Shown here in pieces: positions 17,282 through 25,137 of a stretch of DNA of 64,000 nucleotides. Both the position numbers and the translations under genes were made by a program. Within the stretch, counting starts at the first letter, position 1. Each line of letters starts with the position of its first letter. Source of the DNA: Coprothermobacterota bacterium (GTDB taxonomy: Bacteria; Caldisericota; JANLFM01); contig JAPLHV010000020.1 of assembly GCA_026389455.1 (NCBI GenBank), positions 16,447 through 80,446 of the forward strand, read 5' to 3'. The notes below the pieces were generated by a model that saw only the letters and a program-made list of their open reading frames with translations, searched no databases and was not told the DNA's origin.

Positions 17282-18426
17282 AGCGTGGCAGTCAGCCCGC
17301 GGCAGCGTGGTATTTAATGGCGGAGCGCCTTTCCTGGCCGGCCGTGGTGAGCGTGGTGGGGACCGGACGAGGTTCCGGGAAGACGACTGTGGCCAACGTC
17401 TTGCTGGAGGCGGGGCTACAGAACAAGAAGAGACTCGGCGTGATCCCGGCAGGAAAAGGGGGGCATGCTACCCCACTGCGTCTGCCCAAGGATACCTTGG
17501 TGGCGCTGGCTAAGAACTGTGAGCTGACACACCACCTGGAGTTGCGCGAGGAGTTGGAGGCCAACACTCCCTGGGGCGAAGTGTTGATCGGGAGGGTTCG
17601 GCAAGCGAGCGAGGCTGTCATCGCCGGCCCGGTTACATTGAACGATACGATTGTCGCTGCGCAGCGCTTGATTGCCGAAGGGGCCGAACTGGTGGTGGTA
17701 GATGGCTCCTTGGGTCGCTTATCGGCGAGCGATTCACACCTTGCCCAGCGCTACATTCTGGCGATGGGCGCCGACCCTGTCGACCGCTGGGCTCGAAAGG
17801 AGCAGTTGGAGCGTTTTCACACCATCACTCTAATGCCCAAGGGCCATTGGGAAATTCCCTCTCCGTCAGACCCTCGAAAACGAGGGCAGCCTGCCTTTTG
17901 GAATAAAGACCGCTGGATTCCGATCCCTGAACTTAACCCGGGACTCCCTGCCGGGGGCTACCAAGCTGCCGCGTCCTATCAAGCTGGACAAGCCCCCGGC
18001 AGGGAGTCCTATCTAGCTGGACAAGCCCCCGGCAGGGAGTCCTATCAAGCTGGACAAGCCCCCGGCAGGGAGTCCTATCAAGCTGGACAAGCCCCCGGCA
18101 GGGAGTCCTATCAAGCTGCCGATCTTGCAACTGCGGAGGCGCTCTACTGGCCCGGCGCTTTCACCGATCGAGCGACTCGTCTGTTAGACCGCTTTCCGTC
18201 TCCCCTGGCTCTGTTGCTGGATCAACCTTGGCATCTTCTCGCCAGCCAGGAGCGCTGGCAAGCGCTCTGGCGGGGAGGATGGTCATTCTTCGCACGGGAG
18301 AAAGCAACCTTAGCCTGGGTAGCTGTTAACCCACGTGCGTTGGATGGGCATTTAGAGAGCCCTGAGAGGTTGCTGGAGGAAGCGCGGATCGCTTTCCAGA
18401 CAGTGGAGTGCCGGCAACTGCAGTGA
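17278..18426 (+). CDS. P-loop NTPase-like protein, possible aminomutase accessory factor; carries an in-frame 33-bp x4 repeat insertion
   Basis: Walker-A-like VGTGRGSGKTT. It lies between kamA and the MutS-like gene. Repeat-encoded (YQAGQAPGRES)x4 at aa 234-277. Confidence 0.45.
   Translation: MKRGSQPAAAWYLMAERLSWPAVVSVVGTGRGSGKTTVANVLLEAGLQNKKRLGVIPAGKGGHATPLRLPKDTLVALAKNCELTHHLELREELEANTPWGEVLIGRVRQASEAVIAGPVTLNDTIVAAQRLIAEGAELVVVDGSLGRLSASDSHLAQRYILAMGADPVDRWARKEQLERFHTITLMPKGHWEIPSPSDPRKRGQPAFWNKDRWIPIPELNPGLPAGGYQAAASYQAGQAPGRESYLAGQAPGRESYQAGQAPGRESYQAGQAPGRESYQAADLATAEALYWPGAFTDRATRLLDRFPSPLALLLDQPWHLLASQERWQALWRGGWSFFAREKATLAWVAVNPRALDGHLESPERLLEEARIAFQTVECRQLQ
17941..18121. repeat. 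Composite: one forward element (17941-17959) facing four reverse 33-bp units (17977-18108) plus a partial
   Basis: GGACTCCCTGCCGGGGGCT ... (TATCAAGCTGGACAAGCCCCCGGCAGGGAGTCC)x4 (unit 2 has TATCTAG) ... TATCAAGCTGCCG. The forward copy is the exact reverse complement of the last 19 nt of each unit. Confidence 0.92.
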
Positions 18427-20093
18427 GCCAGAAGAACACCCTGCCGGGGGCTAGTTACTTTCTTGACCTGGAGACACGAGCTGGCCTGGAATGGGATGAG
18501 TTCCTCGGGTTGGTAGAGACCTATTCCCCCCTCGGCAGGGAGGTCAAAGGGCGGATTCAGCCATACCGGATGGGGCAGGAAAGAGAACTAAGGGCCGAGC
18601 TCCGGCGAACCAAGGCCATGGCTTCCTTTTTACTGAATCACCCCTCCTGGGGGGCTGAACAAGCTGTCTTGCTGCACGGTATTAAAGATATCCGCCGATC
18701 ATTGCGCCAAGCCCGTGAGGGATTTGTACTGACAACAGTGGAGCTGTTCGAATGCAAACGACTGCTCCTGCTCTTTAAAAGATTGCGAAAAGGAATGGAA
18801 CAACCTGGACTTGCATTCCTGGCCTCTCTTCGGCCAAAGGGCTGTCCGGCTCTTCTCCGCCTTCTTTCTTGCGGGGGCCAAAGCCAAGAGACCTTTTCAT
18901 TGGTGGAGGCTTATTCCCCCAACCTTGGACAGATCCGCCATCGCAAGGAGGTGCTGGAGAAGTTGTTGTTGGCAGAACGGGCAGGGGTCAATGAACTGCT
19001 TCGCCAGGACGGACTTCGCCTCGGGCGGGATGAAGAGATCACCGTCCAGCGTGGGAGCCCAGGCGCTGACCGTTGTCAAGAGGTTGACCGTCTCGTTCTC
19101 TATAGCGAGAGTTCGCAAACGATAGTATTTCGCCTTCGGCCCTCCCCCAAGTCGCTAAAATGGAGGGAAGAGTTGGAAACCCTCGCAATCGCCGCAGAGA
19201 GGGAGGAAAAGACGATCCGGGCTAGGCTGGGAAAGGCTATCGGTGAACAGTCTGAGGGCTTGATCGAGGATTTGGAGCGAGTCGGCCGCTTCGACCTGTT
19301 ATTGGCCAAGAGTCAACTTGCCAACAGCTACGGTGGCGCGTTACCCCACCTTCTCAGCGCCTCCTCACCGGTCGTCTTTCGACTGGAAGAAGGACGCCAC
19401 TGGCCGATGAGCATGCGCATGTTGGAGCGGGGCATTCTCTTCCAACCCCTCAGCATCGAGCTTTTAAAAGGAGCTGCTTTGGTCAGTGGATCCAATATGA
19501 GCGGGAAAACAGTCCTTCTTAAGACCATTGGGTTGTCCTGTGCCATGGTCCAGCACGGTTTCCTGGCGCCGGCCCAGGCAATGGAATGGGCGCTGCGTGA
19601 TTTCCTCTTTTTTTCCACTCGGCGGCGCGAGCAGGACGGGCTCTCCGCCTTCGGAGCGGAGGTGACCGGGATCAAGCGGGTGTTGGACCACCACCGAAGG
19701 GCTGGCTTGCTCCTGATCGATGAGCTGGCTCGAGGAACCAATCCCACCGAGGGTTTTGCTATCAATGCCGCTCTCCTTCTGTATATCAATCAGATGCCGG
19801 GAAGTGCACTTTTTACTTCTCACTTCGAGGGCTTGGCTCAAGCGACCGGTGTGATGCACTGGCAGATGGCAGGACTTGGCGAGATTAGCCTTGAGCAGGT
19901 GCAAGCGCTCATGCGAGAGGGCGGGGAGGCTATCCTTTCCAGCCTGATGCAGTATCGCCTGGAGAGAGTCGAGCCCGAACGCCGGGTGCCCCATGATGCC
20001 CTCAAGATCGCCCTCCTATTGGGGCTGGAAGAAGAGGTGATAGAGTTGGCTAGAGGATTCACGGAAAATCTCCAACGCGGAGTTTCCCCTTGA
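18408..20093 (+). CDS. MutS-related ATPase (MutS domain V only), lysine-cluster associated
   Basis: Motifs GSNMSGKTVLLKTIG (Walker A), LLLIDELARGTNPTEG (Walker B) and TSHF. No obvious mismatch-binding N-terminal domain. Confidence 0.78.
   Translation: MPATAVSQKNTLPGASYFLDLETRAGLEWDEFLGLVETYSPLGREVKGRIQPYRMGQERELRAELRRTKAMASFLLNHPSWGAEQAVLLHGIKDIRRSLRQAREGFVLTTVELFECKRLLLLFKRLRKGMEQPGLAFLASLRPKGCPALLRLLSCGGQSQETFSLVEAYSPNLGQIRHRKEVLEKLLLAERAGVNELLRQDGLRLGRDEEITVQRGSPGADRCQEVDRLVLYSESSQTIVFRLRPSPKSLKWREELETLAIAAEREEKTIRARLGKAIGEQSEGLIEDLERVGRFDLLLAKSQLANSYGGALPHLLSASSPVVFRLEEGRHWPMSMRMLERGILFQPLSIELLKGAALVSGSNMSGKTVLLKTIGLSCAMVQHGFLAPAQAMEWALRDFLFFSTRRREQDGLSAFGAEVTGIKRVLDHHRRAGLLLIDELARGTNPTEGFAINAALLLYINQMPGSALFTSHFEGLAQATGVMHWQMAGLGEISLEQVQALMREGGEAILSSLMQYRLERVEPERRVPHDALKIALLLGLEEEVIELARGFTENLQRGVSP
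18433..18458 (+). repeat. Single core-family element
   Basis: AGAACACCCTGCCGGGGGCTAGTTAC, 7 nt after the upstream stop. A degenerate reverse copy, CCCCCCTCGGCAGGGAGGTC, lies at 18526-18545. Confidence 0.85.
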
Positions 20094-20166
20094 GCGAAGT
20101 GAAGGGTTCCTGAGGTGGAACATTGGGGAAAGACCGCGATCTCGCGACTGTGAGGGAAAAACAAGA

Positions 20167-21801
20167 TTGCCAATGAGACTGCCGATTCCCACTGAACAAG
20201 TACGCCATTGCCGGCAACTGGCCGCCTCCATCGCGGGGGGAGTGCAAGATGAGATCAGCCCACTCTCCACCGTCTCGGTTGAGCGTTCTCTCCTGCGTTT
20301 GGTCGGCATCGAGGGCAGCAATCAAGAGAGTGTGCCGTTGGTGAATTGTTTCATCGATCAGCTCACCGGGCAGCGAGTCTTGGAGGACGGTGCGCTCTAT
20401 TGGTTAAGCAACGCCATCTTGGCCACGGGGGAAACGCCCCAAGGCATCGCCGAACGCGTGGGCGCAAGGTCGCTTGACCTTGTGCGGCTGCCTCGCCAAC
20501 CTCGGCGAGCGATTGAAAACCACTGCCGAGGGATCGTTCAGGATGCCTTGGTCACTCTCTTAGGCAAACGGCGCCGGCGGCGCGAGATGGAGGAAAGCTT
20601 AGCCCGAACCACGTCCCCATGGCTGTATGTGATCGTCGCCACCGGAAACATTTACGACGACATCGAACAGGCCAAGGCAGCCGCAGAACAGGGCGCCGAT
20701 GCTGTGGCGGTAATCCGCTCTACAGCTCAGAGCTTGCTGGACTATGTCCCCGAAGGGATTACCACCGAGGGGTTCGGCGGCACTTACGCCACTGGAGCAA
20801 ACTTCCGCTTGATGCGAGGCGCCTTGGACGAGGCTTCCCGTCAATCCAATCGCTATGTCCGCCAGGTCAACTATTGCTCTGGCCTTTGCATGGCCGAAAT
20901 CGCCGCTTTGGGAGTTCTGGAAGGTTTAGACATCCTCGTCAATGACGCTCTCTACGGGATTCTCTTTCGTGACTTGAACATGATTCGCACCATGGTTGAT
21001 CAGCATTTTTCGCGCTACTTGTTGGGCCTTTTCGATACAACCATCGTCACTGGCGAGGACAACCTGATCAAGACCATCGATGCGTTCGAGGAATATCCAA
21101 TCGTGCTTGTCTCCCAGTTTATCAACGAGCAATTGGCCAAGAATGCCGGGATGCGTGAGGAACGGATCGGCCTGGGTCATGCTGCCGAGTTGGACCCTGC
21201 GCTAGAGGACAGTTTTCTCAAGGAGCTGGTTCAAGCGCAATTGGTGCGACAGCTTTTTCCCCGCTCACCGGTCAAATTCATGCCTCCTACCCGTTACAAG
21301 AGCGGGAACATTTTCTTCGCTCACGTCTTGGATACACTTTTCAACTTGGTAGCTGTTTGGACCGATCAGGCGATCGTCCTTTTAGGGATGCCGACCGAAG
21401 CGATTCATACTCCCTATGTGCAAGACCGCTACCTGAGCTTGGAGTCTGCCTTGCACGTTCGTCGCGCGGCCGGCTCGTTGGGGCAGGAAGTGCGACTTAA
21501 ACCAAATGGCCAAGGCGCCGCCCGCGCCTGCTGGCTTCTGGCTAGAACCGAGGAATCTCTTACCCGAATTGCCGAGGAGGGGTTGTGGAACTCCCTGGCC
21601 AGCGGCGCCTTCTCTGCCATCAAACGCGCCAGGAGGGGCGGGAGAGGCTATGATGGCGTCTTCCGCAAAGGGCACTTCTATTTGAACCCCTTCCTCGACC
21701 GCGAGGTGGTGCGGAGAGCCAGAAGAAAGGTGGCGCAGAACACCCTGCCGGGGGCTATCGAGCTGCCGGGGGCTATCGAGCTGCCGGGGGCTGTAGTGTG
21801 A
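20167..21801 (+). CDS. kamD: D-lysine (beta-lysine) 5,6-aminomutase alpha subunit
   Basis: 544-aa ORF immediately upstream of and overlapping the B12-binding beta subunit, of KamD-family size, in the kam cluster. The C-terminal tail NTLPGAIELPGAIELPGAVV is repeat-encoded. Confidence 0.82.
   Translation: MPMRLPIPTEQVRHCRQLAASIAGGVQDEISPLSTVSVERSLLRLVGIEGSNQESVPLVNCFIDQLTGQRVLEDGALYWLSNAILATGETPQGIAERVGARSLDLVRLPRQPRRAIENHCRGIVQDALVTLLGKRRRRREMEESLARTTSPWLYVIVATGNIYDDIEQAKAAAEQGADAVAVIRSTAQSLLDYVPEGITTEGFGGTYATGANFRLMRGALDEASRQSNRYVRQVNYCSGLCMAEIAALGVLEGLDILVNDALYGILFRDLNMIRTMVDQHFSRYLLGLFDTTIVTGEDNLIKTIDAFEEYPIVLVSQFINEQLAKNAGMREERIGLGHAAELDPALEDSFLKELVQAQLVRQLFPRSPVKFMPPTRYKSGNIFFAHVLDTLFNLVAVWTDQAIVLLGMPTEAIHTPYVQDRYLSLESALHVRRAAGSLGQEVRLKPNGQGAARACWLLARTEESLTRIAEEGLWNSLASGAFSAIKRARRGGRGYDGVFRKGHFYLNPFLDREVVRRARRKVAQNTLPGAIELPGAIELPGAVV
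21737..21797 (+). repeat. Core-family array, 18-bp period, 3 cores (CTGCCGGGGGCTATCGAG)
   Basis: AGAACACC-CTGCCGGGGGCTATCGAG-CTGCCGGGGGCTATCGAG-CTGCCGGGGGCT-GTAGTG; it ends at the kamD stop/kamE start. Confidence 0.92.
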
Positions 21802-22541
21802 GCGAAGAGCGGCCATTCATCCGTCCCTACGGTGACCGCCTCAATGATGGCGCCGTGCAATTGTCCTTTAGTCTTCCCATCTCTCTCTCCGCCAGGAGCC
21901 GGGAAGCTGCCAAGTCCATCGCTGGTCGCCTGGGGTTGGAACAGATCCGCTTGGTCTCTGCTCTCGACCTGGGGAACGGCTTCTCTTTTTACATCCTTTA
22001 CGGCGCGACCACGGTGGAAATCGATGACCAGGCTATCCATCTCACCGAGGTGGAACGGCCTTTATTGGATTTCTGGCGTATCAACCAGTTGTTGGAGTTT
22101 GAGTTGAAGAAACGGGTGACGGTGGTTGGCGCCACCATTGGAACTGATGCCCACACCGTTGGCCTGGACGCTATCCTCAACGCCAAAGGCTTCGGCGGGG
22201 AATCCGGTCTGGAGAGGTATCCTCAGTTCCGGGTGGTGAACCTAGGAGCTCAGGCGCCTCCGGATGAGGTTCTGGAAGCGGCTCGGGAACAGCGTGCCGA
22301 TGTTGTCCTCGTTTCGCAAGTGGTTACCCAAAGAAATGCCCATCTGGAGAATCTCTCTCTTCTCGCCGAGATGCTCGAGGCGGAGGGACTACGGCAGGAT
22401 CTTCTCTTGATCTGCGGAGGACCCTACATCGATAGCCAGGTCGCACTGGAGGTCGGCTTTGACGCCGCCTTCGGGCCAGGCACGACGCCGCTGGCGGTGG
22501 CCAGTCTAATCGTCGAAGAGCTCCTGCGGAAAGCCCAATGA
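21798..22541 (+). CDS. kamE: D-lysine (beta-lysine) 5,6-aminomutase beta subunit (B12-binding)
   Basis: Cobalamin-binding DxHxxG motif (GTDAHTVGLD). The GTG start overlaps the kamD stop (GTGTGA). Confidence 0.85.
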   Translation: MSEERPFIRPYGDRLNDGAVQLSFSLPISLSARSREAAKSIAGRLGLEQIRLVSALDLGNGFSFYILYGATTVEIDDQAIHLTEVERPLLDFWRINQLLEFELKKRVTVVGATIGTDAHTVGLDAILNAKGFGGESGLERYPQFRVVNLGAQAPPDEVLEAAREQRADVVLVSQVVTQRNAHLENLSLLAEMLEAEGLRQDLLLICGGPYIDSQVALEVGFDAAFGPGTTPLAVASLIVEELLRKAQ

Positions 22542-24301
22542 GCAAACTGATCTTTATCACCGGGGGGGTTGTCTCTGGGATCGGCAAGGGGATCCTGGCC
22601 GCTTCCATCGGCGCCCTGATTAAGGGGCGAGGGTATCGGGCGAGCATGATCAAGTGCGACCCGTACCTGAACGTGGACACAGAACACGCTGCCGCGGGCT
22701 TTCTAGCTGCCGCGGGCTTTCTAGCTGCCGCGGGCTTTCTAGCTGCCGCGGGCTTTCTAGCTGCCGCGGGCTTTCTAGCTGCCGCGGGCTTTCTAGCTAG
22801 CTGCCGCGGGCTTTCTAGCTGCCGCCCCTACCAGCATGGAGAAGTTTTCGTGTTGAAAGATGGCGCCGAAACAGACCTCGACTTGAGCCACGATGAGCGT
22901 TTCATCGATGAGGATCTGGACCAGTTGGCCAATGTCGCCTCAGGCCGGATCTACTCGGCTGTGATCGCCAAAGAACGGCGAGGCGAGTATTTGGGAGCCA
23001 CGGTGCAGTTGATTCCGCACGTGACCAACGAGATCATGGATGCCATCAAGGGCGCCCTCGAACATTCCAAAGCGGAAATATTGGTGGTGGAGATCGGCGG
23101 CACGGTGGGCGACATCGAAGGGCTCCCCTTCCTGGAGGCCATCCGCCAACTGCGTCGCAGCTTTCCGCCGGAAGATCTTCTCTACGTCCACACCACCCTC
23201 GTGCCATTCCTGGAAACCACACAAGAGGCAAAGACGAAACCGACCCGGCGCTCTGTCGCCGAGTTGCGCAGTATCGGCATCCAACCGAATGTTGTCGTTT
23301 GTCGATCGCGACGAGCGATTTCCCGTAAGCTGTGGGAGAAAGTGGCTCTCTTCTGCGACGTCGATCAAGAGCAGGTGATCTCTCTACCCGACTTGAACTC
23401 TATTTACCGGGTTCCTCTTTTTTTGCAGCGGGAGGGTTTCTCCGCCATCTTGGACCGTTTCCTCGGCGAAAGGCGTACTGCAGATCTGGCAATGTGGGAA
23501 CGGCTGGAACGTATCCTAGAGAGCCCGCATCCGCAGCTCCGCGTCGGCGTGGTGGGCAATTGCGTAGGGATGCGCGACACTTACATCTCGGTCAACGAAG
23601 CCCTGAAGCATGCTTCAATGGAAGAAAAGTTGGATCTCCAGTTGGTATGGGCGCCCTCAGAGAAGTTGACCTCCGGTCGGGTACGGGAGGGGAAGGACCT
23701 CTCTGGAATACTCGGCGAGCTGGATGGGATTGTAGTGCCGGGCGGTTTCGACCCCAGGGGGGTGGAAGGGAAAATCGCAGCAGTAGAATACGCTCGTTGC
23801 CAAGGTGTCCCGTATTTTGGCCTTTGCCTGGGATTACAGTGCGCGGTTATCGAATTCGCTCGCCACGTCTGCGGCTTAGAGGCGGCTAACAGCACGGAAT
23901 TCGATCCTCTCACCCCCTACCCAGTCATCGACCTTATGGCAAATCAACGCGGCTTGGAGGCCAAGGGCGGCGCCATGCGTCTAGGAGCATACCCGTGCGC
24001 TGTGCAAGAGGGTAGCGAGGCGTGGCGAGCCTTTGGCCAAGATATCGTCTGGGAGCGTCATCGCCACCGTTACGAATTGAACAATGAGTATCTTCACCTC
24101 TTGGAACAAGGAGGGTTGGTTGTCTCCGGACGATACGAAGAACTGGGCTTGGCCGAAATCATTGAACTTCCTGGACATCCATGGTTTCTTGGCACACAGT
24201 TTCACCCAGAGTTGACTTCACGACCAGGAAAACCGAATCCACTGTTTCACCAATTTATCAGAGCTTGCGCGAGGAGAGCTAGTTTTCGATGGAAAAACTG
24301 A
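22538..24301 (+). CDS. pyrG: CTP synthase, divergent, with a 147-nt repeat-derived in-frame insertion
   Basis: N-terminal FITGGVVSGIGKG, VEIGGTVGDIE, GATase GLCLGLQ and HRHRYE. The insertion at 22679-22825 replaces the expected GTMS segment. Confidence 0.85.
   Translation: MSKLIFITGGVVSGIGKGILAASIGALIKGRGYRASMIKCDPYLNVDTEHAAAGFLAAAGFLAAAGFLAAAGFLAAAGFLAAAGFLASCRGLSSCRPYQHGEVFVLKDGAETDLDLSHDERFIDEDLDQLANVASGRIYSAVIAKERRGEYLGATVQLIPHVTNEIMDAIKGALEHSKAEILVVEIGGTVGDIEGLPFLEAIRQLRRSFPPEDLLYVHTTLVPFLETTQEAKTKPTRRSVAELRSIGIQPNVVVCRSRRAISRKLWEKVALFCDVDQEQVISLPDLNSIYRVPLFLQREGFSAILDRFLGERRTADLAMWERLERILESPHPQLRVGVVGNCVGMRDTYISVNEALKHASMEEKLDLQLVWAPSEKLTSGRVREGKDLSGILGELDGIVVPGGFDPRGVEGKIAAVEYARCQGVPYFGLCLGLQCAVIEFARHVCGLEAANSTEFDPLTPYPVIDLMANQRGLEAKGGAMRLGAYPCAVQEGSEAWRAFGQDIVWERHRHRYELNNEYLHLLEQGGLVVSGRYEELGLAEIIELPGHPWFLGTQFHPELTSRPGKPNPLFHQFIRACARRASFRWKN
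22681..22825 (+). repeat. Core-family array (CGCGGG variant), 18-bp period, 7 units plus a 4-nt slip plus a partial core, inside pyrG
   Basis: AGAACAC-(GCTGCCGCGGGCTTTCTA)x6-GCTA-GCTGCCGCGGGCTTTCTA-GCTGCCGC. Confidence 0.93.
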
Positions 24302-25107
24302 TCATCACCGTCGCCATCTGTGGCGCGGAAGTAAGAAAAACGGATCACCCGGCACTGCCGGTGTCGGCGCAGGAATTGGGCGATGAGAGCTTTCGGGCTT
24401 ACCAGGCCGGCGCTTCAGTAGTCCACTTGCATGTGCGCAAGGATGACGGCTCGCCCACCCAGGACGCCATTGTATTCGCGCGGGCGATGGAAGCCATCCG
24501 CAGCCGTTGCGACATCATTATCCAGACTTCCACCGGAGGAGCGGTGGGGATGAGCGCGGAAGAACGATCGTCTCCCCTCACCCTCAACCCGGAGATGGCT
24601 ACTTTGACCTGCGGCACCGTCAATTTTGGGGAGGGCGTCTTCTGGAACCCGCCCGAATTAATTGAGAGATTCGCCCGCATGATGATGGAGCGAGGCATCA
24701 AGCCGGAGATTGAGGTTTTCGAGGCGGGAATGATTGCCAATGCCTTGCGGCTGGTAAAGAAGGGGATTCTCCACCTGCCCCTGCACTTCGATTTCGTCAT
24801 GGGGGTTCCGGGTGGGATCACGGCCTCAGCCCGCGATCTGGTCTATCTGGTGGAAAGCCTTCCCGATGGCTGCACCTGGACGGTAGCTGGGATAGGCCGG
24901 GCAGAACTGCAACTGGCTGCCGTGGCCATCGTGATGGGCGGAAATGTTCGCTGCGGTTTCGAGGACAACCTCTTCTACCGCAAAGGCGAGCCTGCCACCC
25001 ACAACAGCCAACTCGTAGATCGGATTGCCAGGCTATCGAAGGAGCTAGGGCGCGAGGTGGCTGAACCGGACGAAGCTCGGCTCATCCTGGGGATCTCGAA
25101 AAAGTAG
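24289..25107 (+). CDS. kce: 3-keto-5-aminohexanoate cleavage enzyme (BKACE family)
   Basis: 272-aa ORF with the BKACE/DUF849-type N-terminus LIITVAICGAEVRKTDHPALPVS...VVHLHVR, in the lysine-cluster context. Confidence 0.82.
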   Translation: MEKLIITVAICGAEVRKTDHPALPVSAQELGDESFRAYQAGASVVHLHVRKDDGSPTQDAIVFARAMEAIRSRCDIIIQTSTGGAVGMSAEERSSPLTLNPEMATLTCGTVNFGEGVFWNPPELIERFARMMMERGIKPEIEVFEAGMIANALRLVKKGILHLPLHFDFVMGVPGGITASARDLVYLVESLPDGCTWTVAGIGRAELQLAAVAIVMGGNVRCGFEDNLFYRKGEPATHNSQLVDRIARLSKELGREVAEPDEARLILGISKK

Positions 25108-25137
25108 CCAGGGCCTCGGCGGGATCCGATCGATCAG

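Noticed and set aside
17977-18121. CRISPR array interpretation of the 33-bp (and the 18-bp) tandem arrays.
   Set aside because: Units are contiguous and identical, with no unique spacers between repeats. There is no leader or cas genes. The arrays are in frame inside ORFs, and the same core occurs at 16 loci.
22679-22825. Intein or intron explanation for the pyrG insertion.
   Set aside because: 49 aa of pure hexapeptide repeat has no intein blocks (no N-terminal Cys/Ser nucleophile context and no HN-C/S/T junction). It is too short and unstructured for a group I/II intron, and it is built from the same tandem units as the intergenic arrays.
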